A stretch of 64,000 nucleotides of DNA, taken from positions 23,987,821-24,051,820 of the forward strand of contig NC_092379.1 in assembly GCF_030028105.1 (NCBI RefSeq), in the 5' to 3' direction. This document shows positions 51,848 through 64,000 of this stretch, one piece after another (position 1 is the stretch's first letter; each line of letters opens with the position of its first letter). Made by a program: the position numbers and the translations under genes. Under the pieces are notes generated by a model. The model was not told the origin of the DNA and did no database searches. It saw only the letters and a program-made list of their open reading frames with translations. Source of the DNA: Mobula birostris (lineage: Eukaryota).

Positions 51848-54819
51848 GCACCTCTTCCTACAGATGTTGCCTGGCCTGCTGCGTTCACCAGCAACTTTGA
51901 TGCGTGTTGCTAGTATTAGTCCTAGTCGCAGCAGTAATAATCATAATAACCAAAGGAATATTCCGAAAGTTCCGAGCAACTGATAATTGAGTGTGCTGCC
52001 ATGTCCGTACCTCGGATTTTAACAGCCTGAAGTAAGAAAAAAGGCATTGTTTGCAGAATGATCGTCATTTTGAAAGCTCTTCCAAGGAATTATTCTTCCA
52101 AATTCTCCAGTATATTACGGAATTATATTACTCAGTAGCTAGTATAATACTCTAAAAATTGGTGTGTATTTATATGAACTGGCTAGATGCAATTGTACCA
52201 GCTTTGTATCATTGAAATCAAAGTTATGGATAACAAAAGATGATTATAACTTGCACAGATTGTACTTATAAGCTATAGCTTACTTTTGTCAAGTCCATCC
52301 GAGGACCGAAAAGTAGAGAAAGCAAAAGAAGACCTATCGATGAAGGTTTGAGAGTTCATGTGACTATAATCCAATTTCAACGAAGCCTGGAGGGAGACAC
52401 GTATGTCTCACACACGCATTGTTAAGTTGGTGAAGAGTTGCTAAATTGCTCCGAATGGTTCTGCTTGCTGGTCAGTGGAACACTGCTCATCAGCACATTG
52501 AGGAATGTACACATTCTACAACATTCCTTGAAGCACCGTCACTTGAAATACTGGAGACTGAAGTGCAGTACTCGACTGACCATCACAGTTCTTATCGCTT
52601 TCCTAACCAATTTGATGTATGCCAATTATCTAATCAGTTATTCTCCTTATAGGAAAATAAGAGAAGCGTAGCATGTTAAAGTTTGACCACCTACTTGGTT
52701 CAATGATCAGAGTAGTTGCATTTCCAAGAATAAGCTTAGTTTCCATCGTGTTACAGTTATATCTTGTTACAAAATCTTTCGGGATTCACTCCACATTCCC
52801 CGATAGCTGGCTGTCTTGTCTTCCAATGATATAGCCGGTCAGGAAAGCACGATTGCCTCAACCAGTGAGCAACCCATGTAATAGGATCAAAGCTTCGATA
52901 TTCGGTGGTTGATAAAGAACAGAAAATGGTCCTTAAATGCAGCGGAAATTTCCTGGCTGCCAATGCCGCTTGATATTAACCGATCTGCCGTTAGGACGAG
53001 GTGCTGCGGCTGAGAAGTTAATGTTTGGTCGCGGATGGCATTGCAGATTCTGTGTCTGCCACACACTTTGTTATACGGCAATACAAAAACTTTCTCCTTG
53101 ATGTTACCCGCAGGGACACGTGAGGAAATGCCCCACCGCACAGTGGATTTGAAAAGAGAGAGAGAAAAATATAACTTAACGAAGCGTATCACATGAACTG
53201 TGAACACAGTTGATCAGTGATAGGAACAGCTTCTCTCCAACGGAATAATTTTTAGAATTCACAAAACAGGCTACATGCATTCATCAGGGAACAGGTCAGA
53301 ACGAGCACAAGGATAATAGAAAAAAAACCACAAGACTTCCGCATCTAAGCAACATTTGAAGCTGAACAGTGGGGATGTCAATGTATTGCAACTCGGAGGT
53401 TAATATGCGGCAGCTGATGGCATTTCATATACTGTGTGTATCGTAGTCCCACAGTGAAATAAGTCAATACAAAAATCTTTCTCTCAGTCACTTAGCCATA
53501 CACATAACGCTTTCAATGCAGTGACCACGTCCGGAAGAGTTTCGTGTGAGTGTTACTGAATGAAATAAAAACTGTATGAACAACAGTGCCAGTAGACGCC
53601 CAGAATCGGTGTCACTGACAAGACCTTTAAGAGGGTCCGGCATCGAATTGCTGTAGGCATCACAGCGCTTCATGAATACTCCAATATTCATGGTCGATTC
53701 ATCCCCCATTTCTGAAAACTTTTCGATTCATTAAATGTCCGGCGAGTTAACGAATTCAGCCCTGGATACCTAATTGCCTACTAAACCCTTGTAATCGAAT
53801 GGGACAGCAAATTTGCAAAATCAACAATGTTCCCAGTAATGGAATTTCTGATAATTCCAATCCTCCAAGTCGGAGCCCGAACTTCGACTCGTTTTCGAGA
53901 ATATCCTGCCAAAGAAGAATGGTAGCCTATGCAGAATACTGTCTGCCTTAAAATAGTTACTGTTCTTATCTCAAGTGATACTCGTTGATTCATACACGAC
54001 ATCCATTCATTAGTGATTATTCCTCATGAACTAAACACAATAACTACTCACAGTAATTCTGATTAACAGATTTATACGATCCTCATCAAACACAACACCG
54101 CCGCGCTATCCTGAATTCGAAGTTTTCTTTGCGGAATGCACGATATATTCTACTCCAACGTCTGCTCCCGAAAGTTTTCCGCGGTTTTCTCCCCTTTTCA
54201 CCCTGTTCTCGGAAAGTTGAGCTCACAGCAATCTTGGCTTACCGTGCATGTCTTCCATCTCTGCATTTGGTTGTTGGAAGATAATTTTAAATAAGTTTTA
54301 TTTGTTCGTATTTTTCCTCTTTAACTGTAGATATTCACTCTGCGACAAGAGAATCATTTTTGCAGCTTATTTCTACGGTCAATCGGGCTTGTCACCCCAC
54401 TTCTGATTGTCTCTGAAATCTCGCCATCGTGTTCACTTCCACAACTTCTCTTACATTTCCAGTCCCTTTCCACTCTCCGCAATTGAATGTCTCGTGTAAC
54501 ACTTTTGGTATCCTTCCTCTAATCATAAACCTATATGACCGAGGATATCACAGTTTCACCTTGGCATGAAAACGCTGACTATCTTCCCTGTCATTATCCC
54601 TCATTTCACGAATTCTACCAGGTTGGCCATCAGCCTCCAGTACTTAAGATAAAGAAATCCTAGTTTGTGTAAACTCCCACCATACACTCCAATTCAGATA
54701 ACATACCGGTGACCTTTTCTGCGCCATATCAAAAGCTTATCATCCTGCCTAACATGTGATGACGAGACGAGAACGACTCACAATATTCAAAATGCGCTCA
54801 AGACACAATTTTATATGAA

Positions 54820-56830
54820 AGACCATAATATAAGGTTAGAATTCGGCCATTTGGCGCAAATAGTCTGCGCCGCCATTTCATCATGGCAGGTCCAATTTTC
54901 CTCTGAGCCCCAATCTGCTGCCTTCTCCTCATATCACTTTATGCCCTGACCAATCAAGAATCCATCAATCTCTGCCTTAAATATAGTTAAAAATGATTTT
55001 GCCCTTTATTCTGACGCTGTGCACTCTGATTTTAGACTCTCCCAACAGAGGAAACATCGTCTTCACCACGATTCACCATTCACCATTCGATAGATTTCAA
55101 TAAGGCCACCCCTCATTATTCTGAATTCCAGTGAATATAGGTCCAGAGCCATCTAAGGGTCTTCACATGGAAAGCCATTCCATTCTGGAATAATTTTCGC
55201 CAGTTGCCTTTGATTCCTCTACAGTTTCAGTAGATCCTTTGGAAGATAAGGGGCTGAAGCCTGCTCACAATACTCTACGAGTGGCCTCACCAGTGATATA
55301 TAAAGTTTCAATATTATATCCTTGCTTTTATATTCTGGTGCACTTGAAATGAATGCCAACATAATATTTGTCTTCCTCACCAAAGAATCAATCTGCAAAT
55401 TAAAAGGTACGGAATCTTGCACAGGGAATCGCAAGTCCCATTGCAGCTCGTTGGTTTGTATTTCCTTTACATTTAGAAAATAGTCAATCATTTATTTTCT
55501 TCCACCGAAGTGCATGAACATACAGCTTCTAACGCTATATTCCATCTGTCATTTCATTGCCGATTATTTTAATCTGTCTAATTCCTTCTGTAGCCCCTCT
55601 AGTTTCTCAAACTACCTGTTCCTGCAAATCATTGACATATACATGTCACCTAAAATAATTCGGTTCTAAGTCAGGTGCCCGTAGAACATCATTAGTCACC
55701 GGCAAGTGGCAGGGAGCCAGAAAAGACTCACTTTTTTCCCACTCTTTTATATATGCTGGAATCTTTGTTGGTAATACCATAGGCCCCAGTTTGTTCAGCA
55801 GCCTCATGTACAGCATATTGTCAAAAGTCTTCTGAAAATGCAAGTTCACAACATCAAATGGTTCTCTTTGTCTCTCCTGCTTGATAATTCTTCAGATACT
55901 TTCAGAAGATTTGTCAGACAAGATTTACCCTTTTACGAAGCCATGCGGGCAAAGACTTATTTATCATGTGCCTCCAAGTATCCTGAGACTTCATCCTTAA
56001 TAATCGAATCCAACATCTTCCGAACCACTGTGGTCAGACTAACGAGCCTATAGGTTACTTCCTCTTCTTCTCTCCATTCTCGAAGCTATTTGAATATTTC
56101 CCGTCTTCTGGTACAATCCCGGAATCTAATGATTCTTGAAAGATCATTGCTAATGTCTCCACGACCTCTGCAACAACCTCCTTCAGAGCCCTGGGGTGTA
56201 AGCCATCTGGTCCAAATAATCTACCTACCTTCAGACCTTTCAGCTTCCCAAGAACATTCTCTCTAGTTATGGTAACTTCACACATTTCATGCTCCCTGAA
56301 ACCTAGAACTTCCACCATACTGCTAGTGCTTTCCACAGCGAAGACTAATGCAAAATCATTAAATAGTTTGTCCGCAATTTCTTTGTTTTCAATTACTACT
56401 TTTCCAGCATTGCTTTCCTGTAGTCCTATATCCACTCTTGCCTCTCTATTACACAATACTTACCTGTAGAAACGTATCCTCCTTCGTATTATTGGCTTGC
56501 TTACTTTCGTATTCCATTTTTACCTGCTTAGTGACTTTTTAGTTGTTTTCTGCTGGTATTTGAAAGCTTTACAATCCTGTGACTTCCCGGTATTTTTTGT
56601 TCTATTGCTTGCCCCTACTTGACTTTATGTTGGCTTTGACTTCTCTTGTTAGTTACAGTTGTGTCATCTTTCCTTTAGAACATTTCTTCCTCTTTGGCAT
56701 GTAGATATCCTCTGCCTTCGGAATTGTTTTTAGAAATTCCAGGCACGGCTGCTCTGCCGTTTTCCCTGCCAGTGTTATTTTCCAATCAAATATCATCAAC
56801 ATTACTTGCCAGCATTTATACACAACTACA
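54820..56830 (-). mobile_element. Old CR1 remnant
   Basis: ORFs 56055-56456 (GPDGLHPRALKE), 55646-55849 and 55219-55491. Confidence 0.8.
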
Positions 56831-57767
56831 TGCACGATAACTGGCTATATATTGTTGGCGTCCTTTGGCACATTTCTTCCCAGAGACTAAAACGTAGCCA
56901 TAGGGCCCGGAGGTGTTGCGTGCCTTAATGAATGGTGAGCAGTGTGATTTGACTTTTGGAAGGGTCATTCATGCCAAACAGGTCAAAGGGTAGAGGCCAC
57001 ACTGAGAGTAGTCTACCGGTCCTCTAGGTTCGCTGGCTCTGATCAGCACAAACAGTCAGTACTAGCAAAAAAAAAAAAAAAACAAAAACAAAAAAAAAAA
57101 ACAAAACAAAAATCCCCACCATGACGTAATACACTGCTGAAGTACTTGCTGGGCTCGGAAAAGGCCTGGGATGTTCTGGAGTTATAGAAGTCCATGAAAA
57201 TAAAATTGGTTACATCAAAGTAATTTCAGTAAATTAAAAAAAAAAAATAGAAACAGCGGAGTTGCCAGTATTCAGACTAATAGAGTTTGGTGGAAGTCCA
57301 CTAATGTGAAACATTAACTCTCTTCTTCACCCCACAGATGTTCTCTTAGATTCTCATTGTTGGCAGTGCAGAAAGAACAATAATATTAGTCGGCGAAGTT
57401 TTCAGCTAGATATCTCTTACATCCCGTGCCCAGTAGGTGTTAAGTATGATTCTGTCTGGATCAGTGTTCCTCTGGTTCTTACAAAGCCACCCATCAAACT
57501 GACAGCAGGTTTCTGGGGTGAAGAGTAGAGCTGGAGCATGGTAGATCTGTCGAGTACTGCTGTGGTAGAGGGTGGGATTGGAGATCGGTGGATTACGTGG
57601 CTGCTTTTGTGGAGAGGAGAACTGGAGCTGGTTGCGTCAACACACAGTAAATTTATAATGAAAAAAATACACAGTTGTTTGTAGAAAATTATCGATGGTG
57701 AATCAGCAGGTGGGGTGAAAATCGGTCTGAGTTTAGTCTGCATTGTAATAAATTGACAGAACAGCGG

Positions 57768-58912
57768 TGTCAAGGTCCGGTCTCTGAAGTCCGCATCATG
57801 GTTCACGGACAGGTCCATCGATACTTATTCCAGGTTTTCCGGTTTTCCCTTCTGTTGGGTGCCTAAATTGAAGCACATGATTCTTATTTTGGGCTGACTA
57901 CATAAACAGCTCCTGGGTTTAGCTTCATGCTCGACAGTTCCCACCCCTTCCCCTTCCTTCTGAAACCCCGTCTGCAACCTTCGCCTGAAGCCTCGCCTGT
58001 AACGCCATCAGGTTCAGCAGCCGGGGCAAGCTTGGGACCTTGCTGTGTCTAGATAAGGAACTGTCTGTCGTTGTCTGGAACTGTCTGTTTGTGTTCTCGC
58101 CTTCGCTTAGTAGGTCCGGCCGTTGCCGCTACCTAGTGTTGTGAACCGTCTCTTCGTGTTCAGCACTCTGGGTAGAGTCCCGGGCCCAAGTCCAGTTCCC
58201 AAGGAGGGGTACTGGCTCTGTGTTCCATGTACGAGTACGGGCCCTAAGTCCTGTTCCCAAGGAGGGGCCCCAGCTCTATGTTCCATGTCCCTGTGTTCCT
58301 GTCTCTCAAGTCCAAGGCTCCGTGTTCCCGTGCTATAGACCAAGGATCTGTGTTCCTGTCCTCCCCAAGACCAAGGCTCTGTGTTATGCGTTCCTGTCGT
58401 CCCGAGTCCAAGGTTACAAGGTTCCTGTAGTCCCAAGTCCAAGGCTCTGCTGTTCCTGAGTACCAATTCAGGGCTTCGTGTTCTCGTCCTGCCCATGTGC
58501 TTCGTCCGGTAGTAGGGTTCCCTCGTCCTGTGCTGGGGTACCCTCGTCCTGTCCAGGAGTCTCACGTCCAGTCCTGTTGCTAGTCCTCGTTCTGTAGCCA
58601 GGTCTTCTCCTCGCCTGGATCCAGGGTCCGAGGCACTAGCCAGGACCAAGGTTCCGGGTCCCTTTCCAGTCTCTGGCTCGGAGTCCTTGTCCAGCTTCCA
58701 GGTTCCTAGTTCCTCGTCGAGGTGCTGCTTTACTTGTCTAGTCGCAGCCCAGGCCTTGTATCCTAGCCTCGTCCAGGGCCTGTGTCTTGTCCAGCGTCGT
58801 TTCTTCCCCACGTCCCTTGGTTTCCTGACACACCTAGTCCTATTCCTTGTACTTCAGTGTCTGTGTCTTGCATTTGGGTCCTCCACCAGCGCCCCCCCCC
58901 CCGCCCCATGAC
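57768..58912. mobile_element. Solo LTR-like element (Gypsy-type)
   Basis: TGTCA...TGACA termini; internal degenerate tandem repeats; related to 38763-39973. Confidence 0.7.
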
Positions 58913-61900
58913 AACTGGATTGTATGGACAACAGCTGGGTAATAGGAGGGAGGAGAAAATGGCGGCCCGACGCAGAGCACGCGGCCGTTCCGAATGAATG
59001 TCCATTATGTGTAACTAGGGGGCCGTACACAATCCGGATTTGATGGAGACAGGCGTGAGAGGCGCAGAGGAACATCTGGAGTAACTTCTGGAGTAACTTC
59101 TGAAATGCCTGCTTCGCTGCCGCTGCTACTGTGTGATCGATAATCTCTGGAGACGAAGGCCCCAAATCCTCGGCTTTGCGTATCCCCCGTTGCCAGGGTT
59201 GGGGTCGAAGTGCTCGGCAGAGATGGTGCTCAGTTCTCGGTGTCGAAGAAGTGGTCGGAGGCTCGGAGTCGGACCGTGGTCGGATGCTTCTGGGATACTG
59301 CATTCGCAAGTTGGAGGCGATGGAGGTTTACTAAATGCATGAATTACTAAATGGCAATAAAAAGGGACTGCATGCCCCCATAATTATAATCAAAATAGTA
59401 CTTATACATCATCTGGAATCTGAGCGTTACCGGTAATGTCATTTGTGTTGTCATGCAGAAGGTATTTGGCGACAAACAGATTGATGGTCGAGGAGTCAAA
59501 AACAGGCTCGAAGATTCAGCTTGAGAAATCTTCTTCCTTTTCAGACATCACTAAACATCAGTAAAATTGAATGTGCATCATTTGTAATGACTCGATTTTA
59601 AGAACATACACATTATTAAGATGGTGTACATCTGGCAACAGATCCAAATCATTTGCAGATCATTATTAAATGAATTAAAACTTGACAGTTTCGTTAGTGT
59701 GAGATCCGTGGAATGTCCATCCTTCTCACTGCGCTACTCATCTATTTTCGTGTACTGCCTCGTTTCCCATCTCTCTGAATCCAACCTTGTGTATGTCCAT
59801 TGGAAAATGTGTCCGTATTGTCCTTGGTCAATATTTCTCCCTCAGTAACATCACCAGAACAGACTCTTTGATTGTTCTCACCTTGAACTTTCTGGATCCT
59901 GTTGTGTGCAGAGAGGTTTCACATTCCTGACACTACAACAGTTGCAATTATGTCATTGTCTGTGAGTTGCTGGGGAAACCATGAAATGTGTTATGAAAAT
60001 GTCAGCACTTACCTCAAAACCACTTTTACTGAATCACCAGTAACGCTGTTCATGTAGGAAAACACTTGTTAAACAAACCCAGGCGGGGATGAAGGAGGGC
60101 AACAAATTAGAGGGGCTAATCGTGGGATATCGCCTATACGTTTGCTGTATGTTGGTACAGACCCTACATTATGGGACTGATTCGTACTGATGCCCTGCGG
60201 ATGTTGAACCATCAGCCATTCCCTCAGAATATGTCTTAATCCGATCATCTTCAACGTGAATGCAGCGGAACGTAACCCCTGATCCCAATGACTTGACACA
60301 GAAAAAAACAAATCATTGCTGTCACTCACACGTAGCACGTTAAACTGCAATGAAACGCTTAGCCCCTGACGGTAGATTTAGTCGGTGCTGAGTAGCATGA
60401 CCCAGCTTTCAGTCAAACAGTGAACTCACTGAGCAAAACCGTCTGGTGTCAAGGCACAGTCTGGTGACAAGATCCGACCCCATTCCCCTGCAACCTGTTC
60501 CCGGTCTGTGGACAGTTCACTGATGGGGTAGGATAGGTCCCGTTGTACCGTTACTGGGCTCCAGAGAAATCCAGCTAGTTTGTGGAGGTTCATGTACTTT
60601 TTCTAAATATATCACTGATTTCAGGTGATTCACTGCATTCGCCAACACCGAAAATTAATAAAATACTAACGGGTGAGGATAGATTTCAGAAGTTGGACTT
60701 ACCGGAAATCACTGTCAACGTGGTTCATCCGCTCCGTTTGGCCAGGTATTCACACCGCTCTTTGTCGTCAATTAGCCAATGCAGTAACTTCACTTGCCGG
60801 TTACTGTCAAGAAGTTCTGAAATGGTCCAATTGCGGAGTGAGAAACACTGAAGTCGATCGATACTTCATAGACTTTAATGCGAACAGCGTTAAACGGGAA
60901 AGAAAACAATAAACGCTAGGCCAAACTGGGCTGTTAACTAAAACACTCAATTGAAAAACGAAGCCTACCGTGCAGCTGAAAAGCACAACTGACAATAAAC
61001 AAATGCCGGTAGTCTTCAGTCAGTCTTCACTCGACAGTCCAATTTTTCAGGCAAGGCAGAATGCAAAACAGGCAGTGATGCGTTACTGTGTCCAAGACTT
61101 AACAAGTACCATGACGGAACGAATGGAGTTAAATACTATCGCAATGAAATAATTAGCTGACACATGCATATTCACGAGTGCAATTGCCGACTCTGCTGCG
61201 CTGCCGAATCCTTGGTTTTGACAGTCACATGCAATAATCTCAACACCTGTCAGCATGATCCCTGTCCGAACCGCGAATAGCAGCATCCTCGATTTCCATC
61301 CCAGACTCTGAGCTTGGCTCTTCCTGGAGTGTGGATTAAAGAGGCATCTTCAGAGTTTTCCTGTCGGAGGACACCAATTTCTGTCGACCCACAGAAACAG
61401 AGTCTAAGCTTTATGAACTTTTAATTGCCCAGCATAGCAGTCTAGTCAGGCTTCTGTGATTTGGCTCTGGTGAGCAACAGTGCGGATGCCATGTAGACTG
61501 ACGGCGCTGCTGGTTTGTCGGGACCAGATTCTGTTCACACCCCCCCCCCCCAATATCGTCGTCCAATCATCGAACATTACCACAGCTTGCAAATCGCCTT
61601 TAACCCATCCAGCCTGAAAATAGTTGAATCCTCGAGTCAGCCGGCGGTCTCAAGAACCCTCCCAGCCCTCACTTCCGTGCCCCGGTGTTCCACCCAGTGA
61701 GACTCGATATCGGCCATCCCAGTCCTTACATGGAGTGTATCTGATCGAACGGGATCTTTCACTGGGCATCCATTGATCCTCGCTGGGAGCCACTTTTCCT
61801 CGGTTGTTCTGTTCGCTTCCAAACAGATCTCCAGTGGTACCTTTACCTGCTCCTAGATTATCCACTCGGAATCTGATTGATGTGTCCCAGTTTAAAGGCC

Positions 61901-62207
61901 GGCGTAGGCGCCCGAAGAGACCAATTTAAATAGTTTTATTGTTACGCAGCATTTGGGTGAAGGCCCGGAACCTGACGAAGTGAGGGTGGGGAGGGTTCCT
62001 GAGTCCGCTGACGAAGTATATAGGTGACGCTATCCACAAAGAAGCTTGTCTCCGAGCTGCCGTGTGACGCCATCCTCTGAAAGCCTCGGTCAAGCCATTC
62101 AGCACTTCCTGTCTCACAACATATTTTCCCTCGTGTGGACGCCCGAACCTGCCAGATGGACAGTAATCAAGCTGTGGCGATCTGTCTTGCCCTTTCCGTT
62201 TTCGGTG

Positions 62208-62246
62208 GGTTTTTGTCCCGGTGCAGTCGCATTCTCTCTCACCGTG
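62208..62246 (-). promoter_or_regulatory. 23-bp-spacer RSS of V3
   Basis: CACGGTG - 23 nt - ACAAAAACC. Confidence 0.95.
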
Positions 62247-62697
62247 TATCGCACAGTAATATGTGCCTGTGTCGCGCAGTGTCAGGTCGTTCATTTGCAG
62301 ATCAAAACTGCCTCTGTCCTTGGAAGCGGTGAACCGTATCTCGATTTCAGGCGCGTAATACTTATTACTTTCACTATAATAACGTACCAACGTTTCCAGC
62401 CCTTTTCCAGAGGCCTGTTTCACCCAGTACGTGTGGAGGTTGTTGATATTGACACCACTGACTTCACAGGACAGTCTGTGCGACTCTCCGAGCTTTACGA
62501 CGGCTGAGTCGGGTTGCTTCAGCTGGATGTCGGACCGCACGTCTGGCAAGAAATACAGAGCAGCGATTAATGAAATGACCCGGAGGCATAGGCTCCAAAG
62601 GCTTAGAAAAGCCGGCTACCCCGGTTGTGCGACGGGCCGCGGGACACATACCTGCAAGACAGAACAAGAGGAGACAGATATAAAGGACGATACCCAT
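62247..62697 (-). CDS. Potentially functional IgW-family VH segment (leader exon 62652-62697, intron 62543-62651, V exon 62247-62542)
   Basis: The spliced frame is open for 114 codons: MGIVLYICLLLFCLA-DVRS-DIQLKQPDSAVVKLGESHRLSCEVSGVNINNLHTYWVKQASGKGLETLVRYYSESNKYYAPEIEIRFTASKDRGSFDLQMNDLTLRDTGTYYCAI. GT-AG phase-1 intron, conserved Cys/Trp/Cys, adjacent RSS. The leader resembles chondrichthyan IgW leaders. Confidence 0.92.
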
Positions 62698-63049
62698 CGT
62701 TCTGAGCACTGAGTCGGACTTAAACACTTTTGAGATCGGTGCTTCAGCTCAGGCTGGATTTAACGCGAATCGAAGTGAGCGCTGATTACGTAGATACATT
62801 GACTGCGAGTGAGAGAGGATGTCGCAGGATGAACACGTTCTCAGCAACTGAAACCAAAGAGGCAGCTTCCTGTCCCCTCCTCCGCGGAGATTTCAATTCC
62901 CCAAAAGATGTTCGCCTGTGTACAGGAGACGGGTTATCGGCAGTGACCAGAAAAGTATTGAAGATCTGTCGCTCTCTGTTCAAATGATCAACTTGAGCAT
63001 GGGAGAATTTATTTAAACTGAAACACAAAGAATGCCAGCGGTAAAGAAA

Positions 63050-63170
63050 TGAGAGGCACCGTCAGGTGGCAAATATCCCGCTGAGAGACAGAGAGTGAGA
63101 AGCACCAGTCAGTGGACAGATAGTACCCTGAGGCAGGGGCTGAAAGACGCTAGTCAGGAAATATACAGAT
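63050..63170. repeat. Truncated 46-bp tandem array upstream of V3
   Basis: Cores at about 63066 and 63112; interrupted by CR1. Confidence 0.65.
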
Positions 63171-63249
63171 GAGTAAGAGAGGAGTTGGCCAGAATTAAAT
63201 GGAAAAGAACACAAGCAGGGATGACGGCAGAGCAGCAATGACTAGATTT

Positions 63250-64000
63250 GCTGGAAGCAGTTCGGAAGGCACAGAACATACACACCCCGAACAGGAATAG
63301 TCTTTCTGAAGGCAAGATGACGCATCCGTGGTTAACAAAACGTCAAAGCCAACATGAAAGACAAAATGGGAGCATATCATGAAACAATCTTTAGAGGGAA
63401 GTTTACAGATTGGGAAGATTTTAAATACAAAAAGAAGGCAACTAAAAAGTCATTAAGAAGGTAAAGATGTAATACCAAATTGAAAATGTCACTCCACTCT
63501 ACGAGAGCGGAGAAAGGCAGAAGAAAGTAGATTATGGCCATTTAGTCCATAATGTTGGAACCGATTGTTCAGGGTGTGATTTCAGAGTACTTGGAAGCAC
63601 GTGCTAGAATAGGTCGCTGGTGGCATGCTTTCATTAAGGGGTATCATTGCCTGACAAATCTGTTGGAATGTTTGAAAAATAACACACAGGATAGACAGAG
63701 GAAAACCGTTTGATGTTGTGTACATAGAATTTTAGAAGGCCTATGACAAGATGCTACACATAGGCTGCTTATCAAGGTACAAGCCCGTGGTATTACAGGA
63801 GATATTTAAGTATGGACAAAACAGTATCATGTTAACAGGAGGCAAAGTGTCGGAATAAAGGGTGCCTTTTCTGGATGGCTGCCGGTGATTAGTGATGTTC
63901 CACAGGGGTCTGCGTTGGGATCGATACTTTTCAGGTCAAATACCAATGACGTGGATGGCCTTGTCGCAAGGTTTGTAGACGACAAGAAGGTAAGTGGATG
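63250..64000 (+). mobile_element. Degraded CR1 RT fragment
   Basis: Resembles the other CR1 copies (CCTGACAAATCTGTTGG, TTCCACAGGGGTC, TTTGTAGACGAC). Confidence 0.75.

Larger units (their letters stand above)
50476..51910. mobile_element. Penelope-like insertion with inverted (tail-out) architecture
   Basis: 50476-50984 is the reverse complement of the 3' part of 50985-51910; GIY-YIG ORF within 50945-51514. The whole unit is flanked by an 11-bp TSD, TAGTATTAGTC, at 50465-50475 and 51911-51921. Confidence 0.92.
52620..62130 (-). repeat. Segmental duplication copy B (downstream flank of V3)
   Basis: Colinear with 28700-37320, with extra sequence at about 57010-59700. Confidence 0.85.

Noticed and set aside
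53450-53720. Hydrophobic ORF as an Ig/TCR transmembrane or constant exon
   Set aside because: No diagnostic motifs, and the paralog near 29270-29400 has stops in that frame.
58107-58811. 234-aa ORF
   Set aside because: A by-product of low-complexity tandem repeats within an LTR-like element.
59990-60085. Possible J segment (AGGTAAGTG donor on the minus strand, weak RSS-like sequence upstream)
   Set aside because: No WGxG/FGxG motif, the heptamer is poor, the segment is too short, and the paralog near 35320 lacks the donor.
61440-61720. Functional D segments for V3
   Set aside because: The heptamers and nonamers are degenerate or wrongly spaced.
62700-62830. Octamer-type V promoter
   Set aside because: No ATGCAAAT or ATTTGCAT near the leader; only a weak TATA-like and CRE-like sequence.

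Overview
Repeat-rich vertebrate genomic DNA, almost certainly from a cartilaginous fish (possibly a batoid; inferred). The main content is a minus-strand array of immunoglobulin heavy-chain-type V segments spaced about 17-23 kb apart: (i) an apparently intact IgW-family V at 62247-62697 with a leader exon, an intron and a 23-bp RSS; (ii) an IgW-family V pseudogene at 44461-44927 with a D-like remnant; (iii) a divergent Ig-like V pseudogene at about 23490-23780; (iv) a duplicated unit whose V is missing (28.7-37.3 kb); (v) the upstream flank of a further V that should lie just left of base 1. I found no J segment or constant-domain exon between them. That departs from the V-D-D-J-C cluster layout of shark IgH and fits Ig V segments embedded in a TCR alpha/delta locus, or a decayed orphon array. 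The rest is retroelement sequence: CR1, Rex1/Babar, L1, Gypsy remnants and four Penelope-like (GIY-YIG) insertions with 11-13 bp target-site duplications and minimal hammerhead ribozymes. An LTR-like element carries an intronless fragment of a sarcomeric myosin heavy-chain rod. Family assignments come from motif recognition only, with no database searches, and repeat boundaries are approximate unless a TSD is given.
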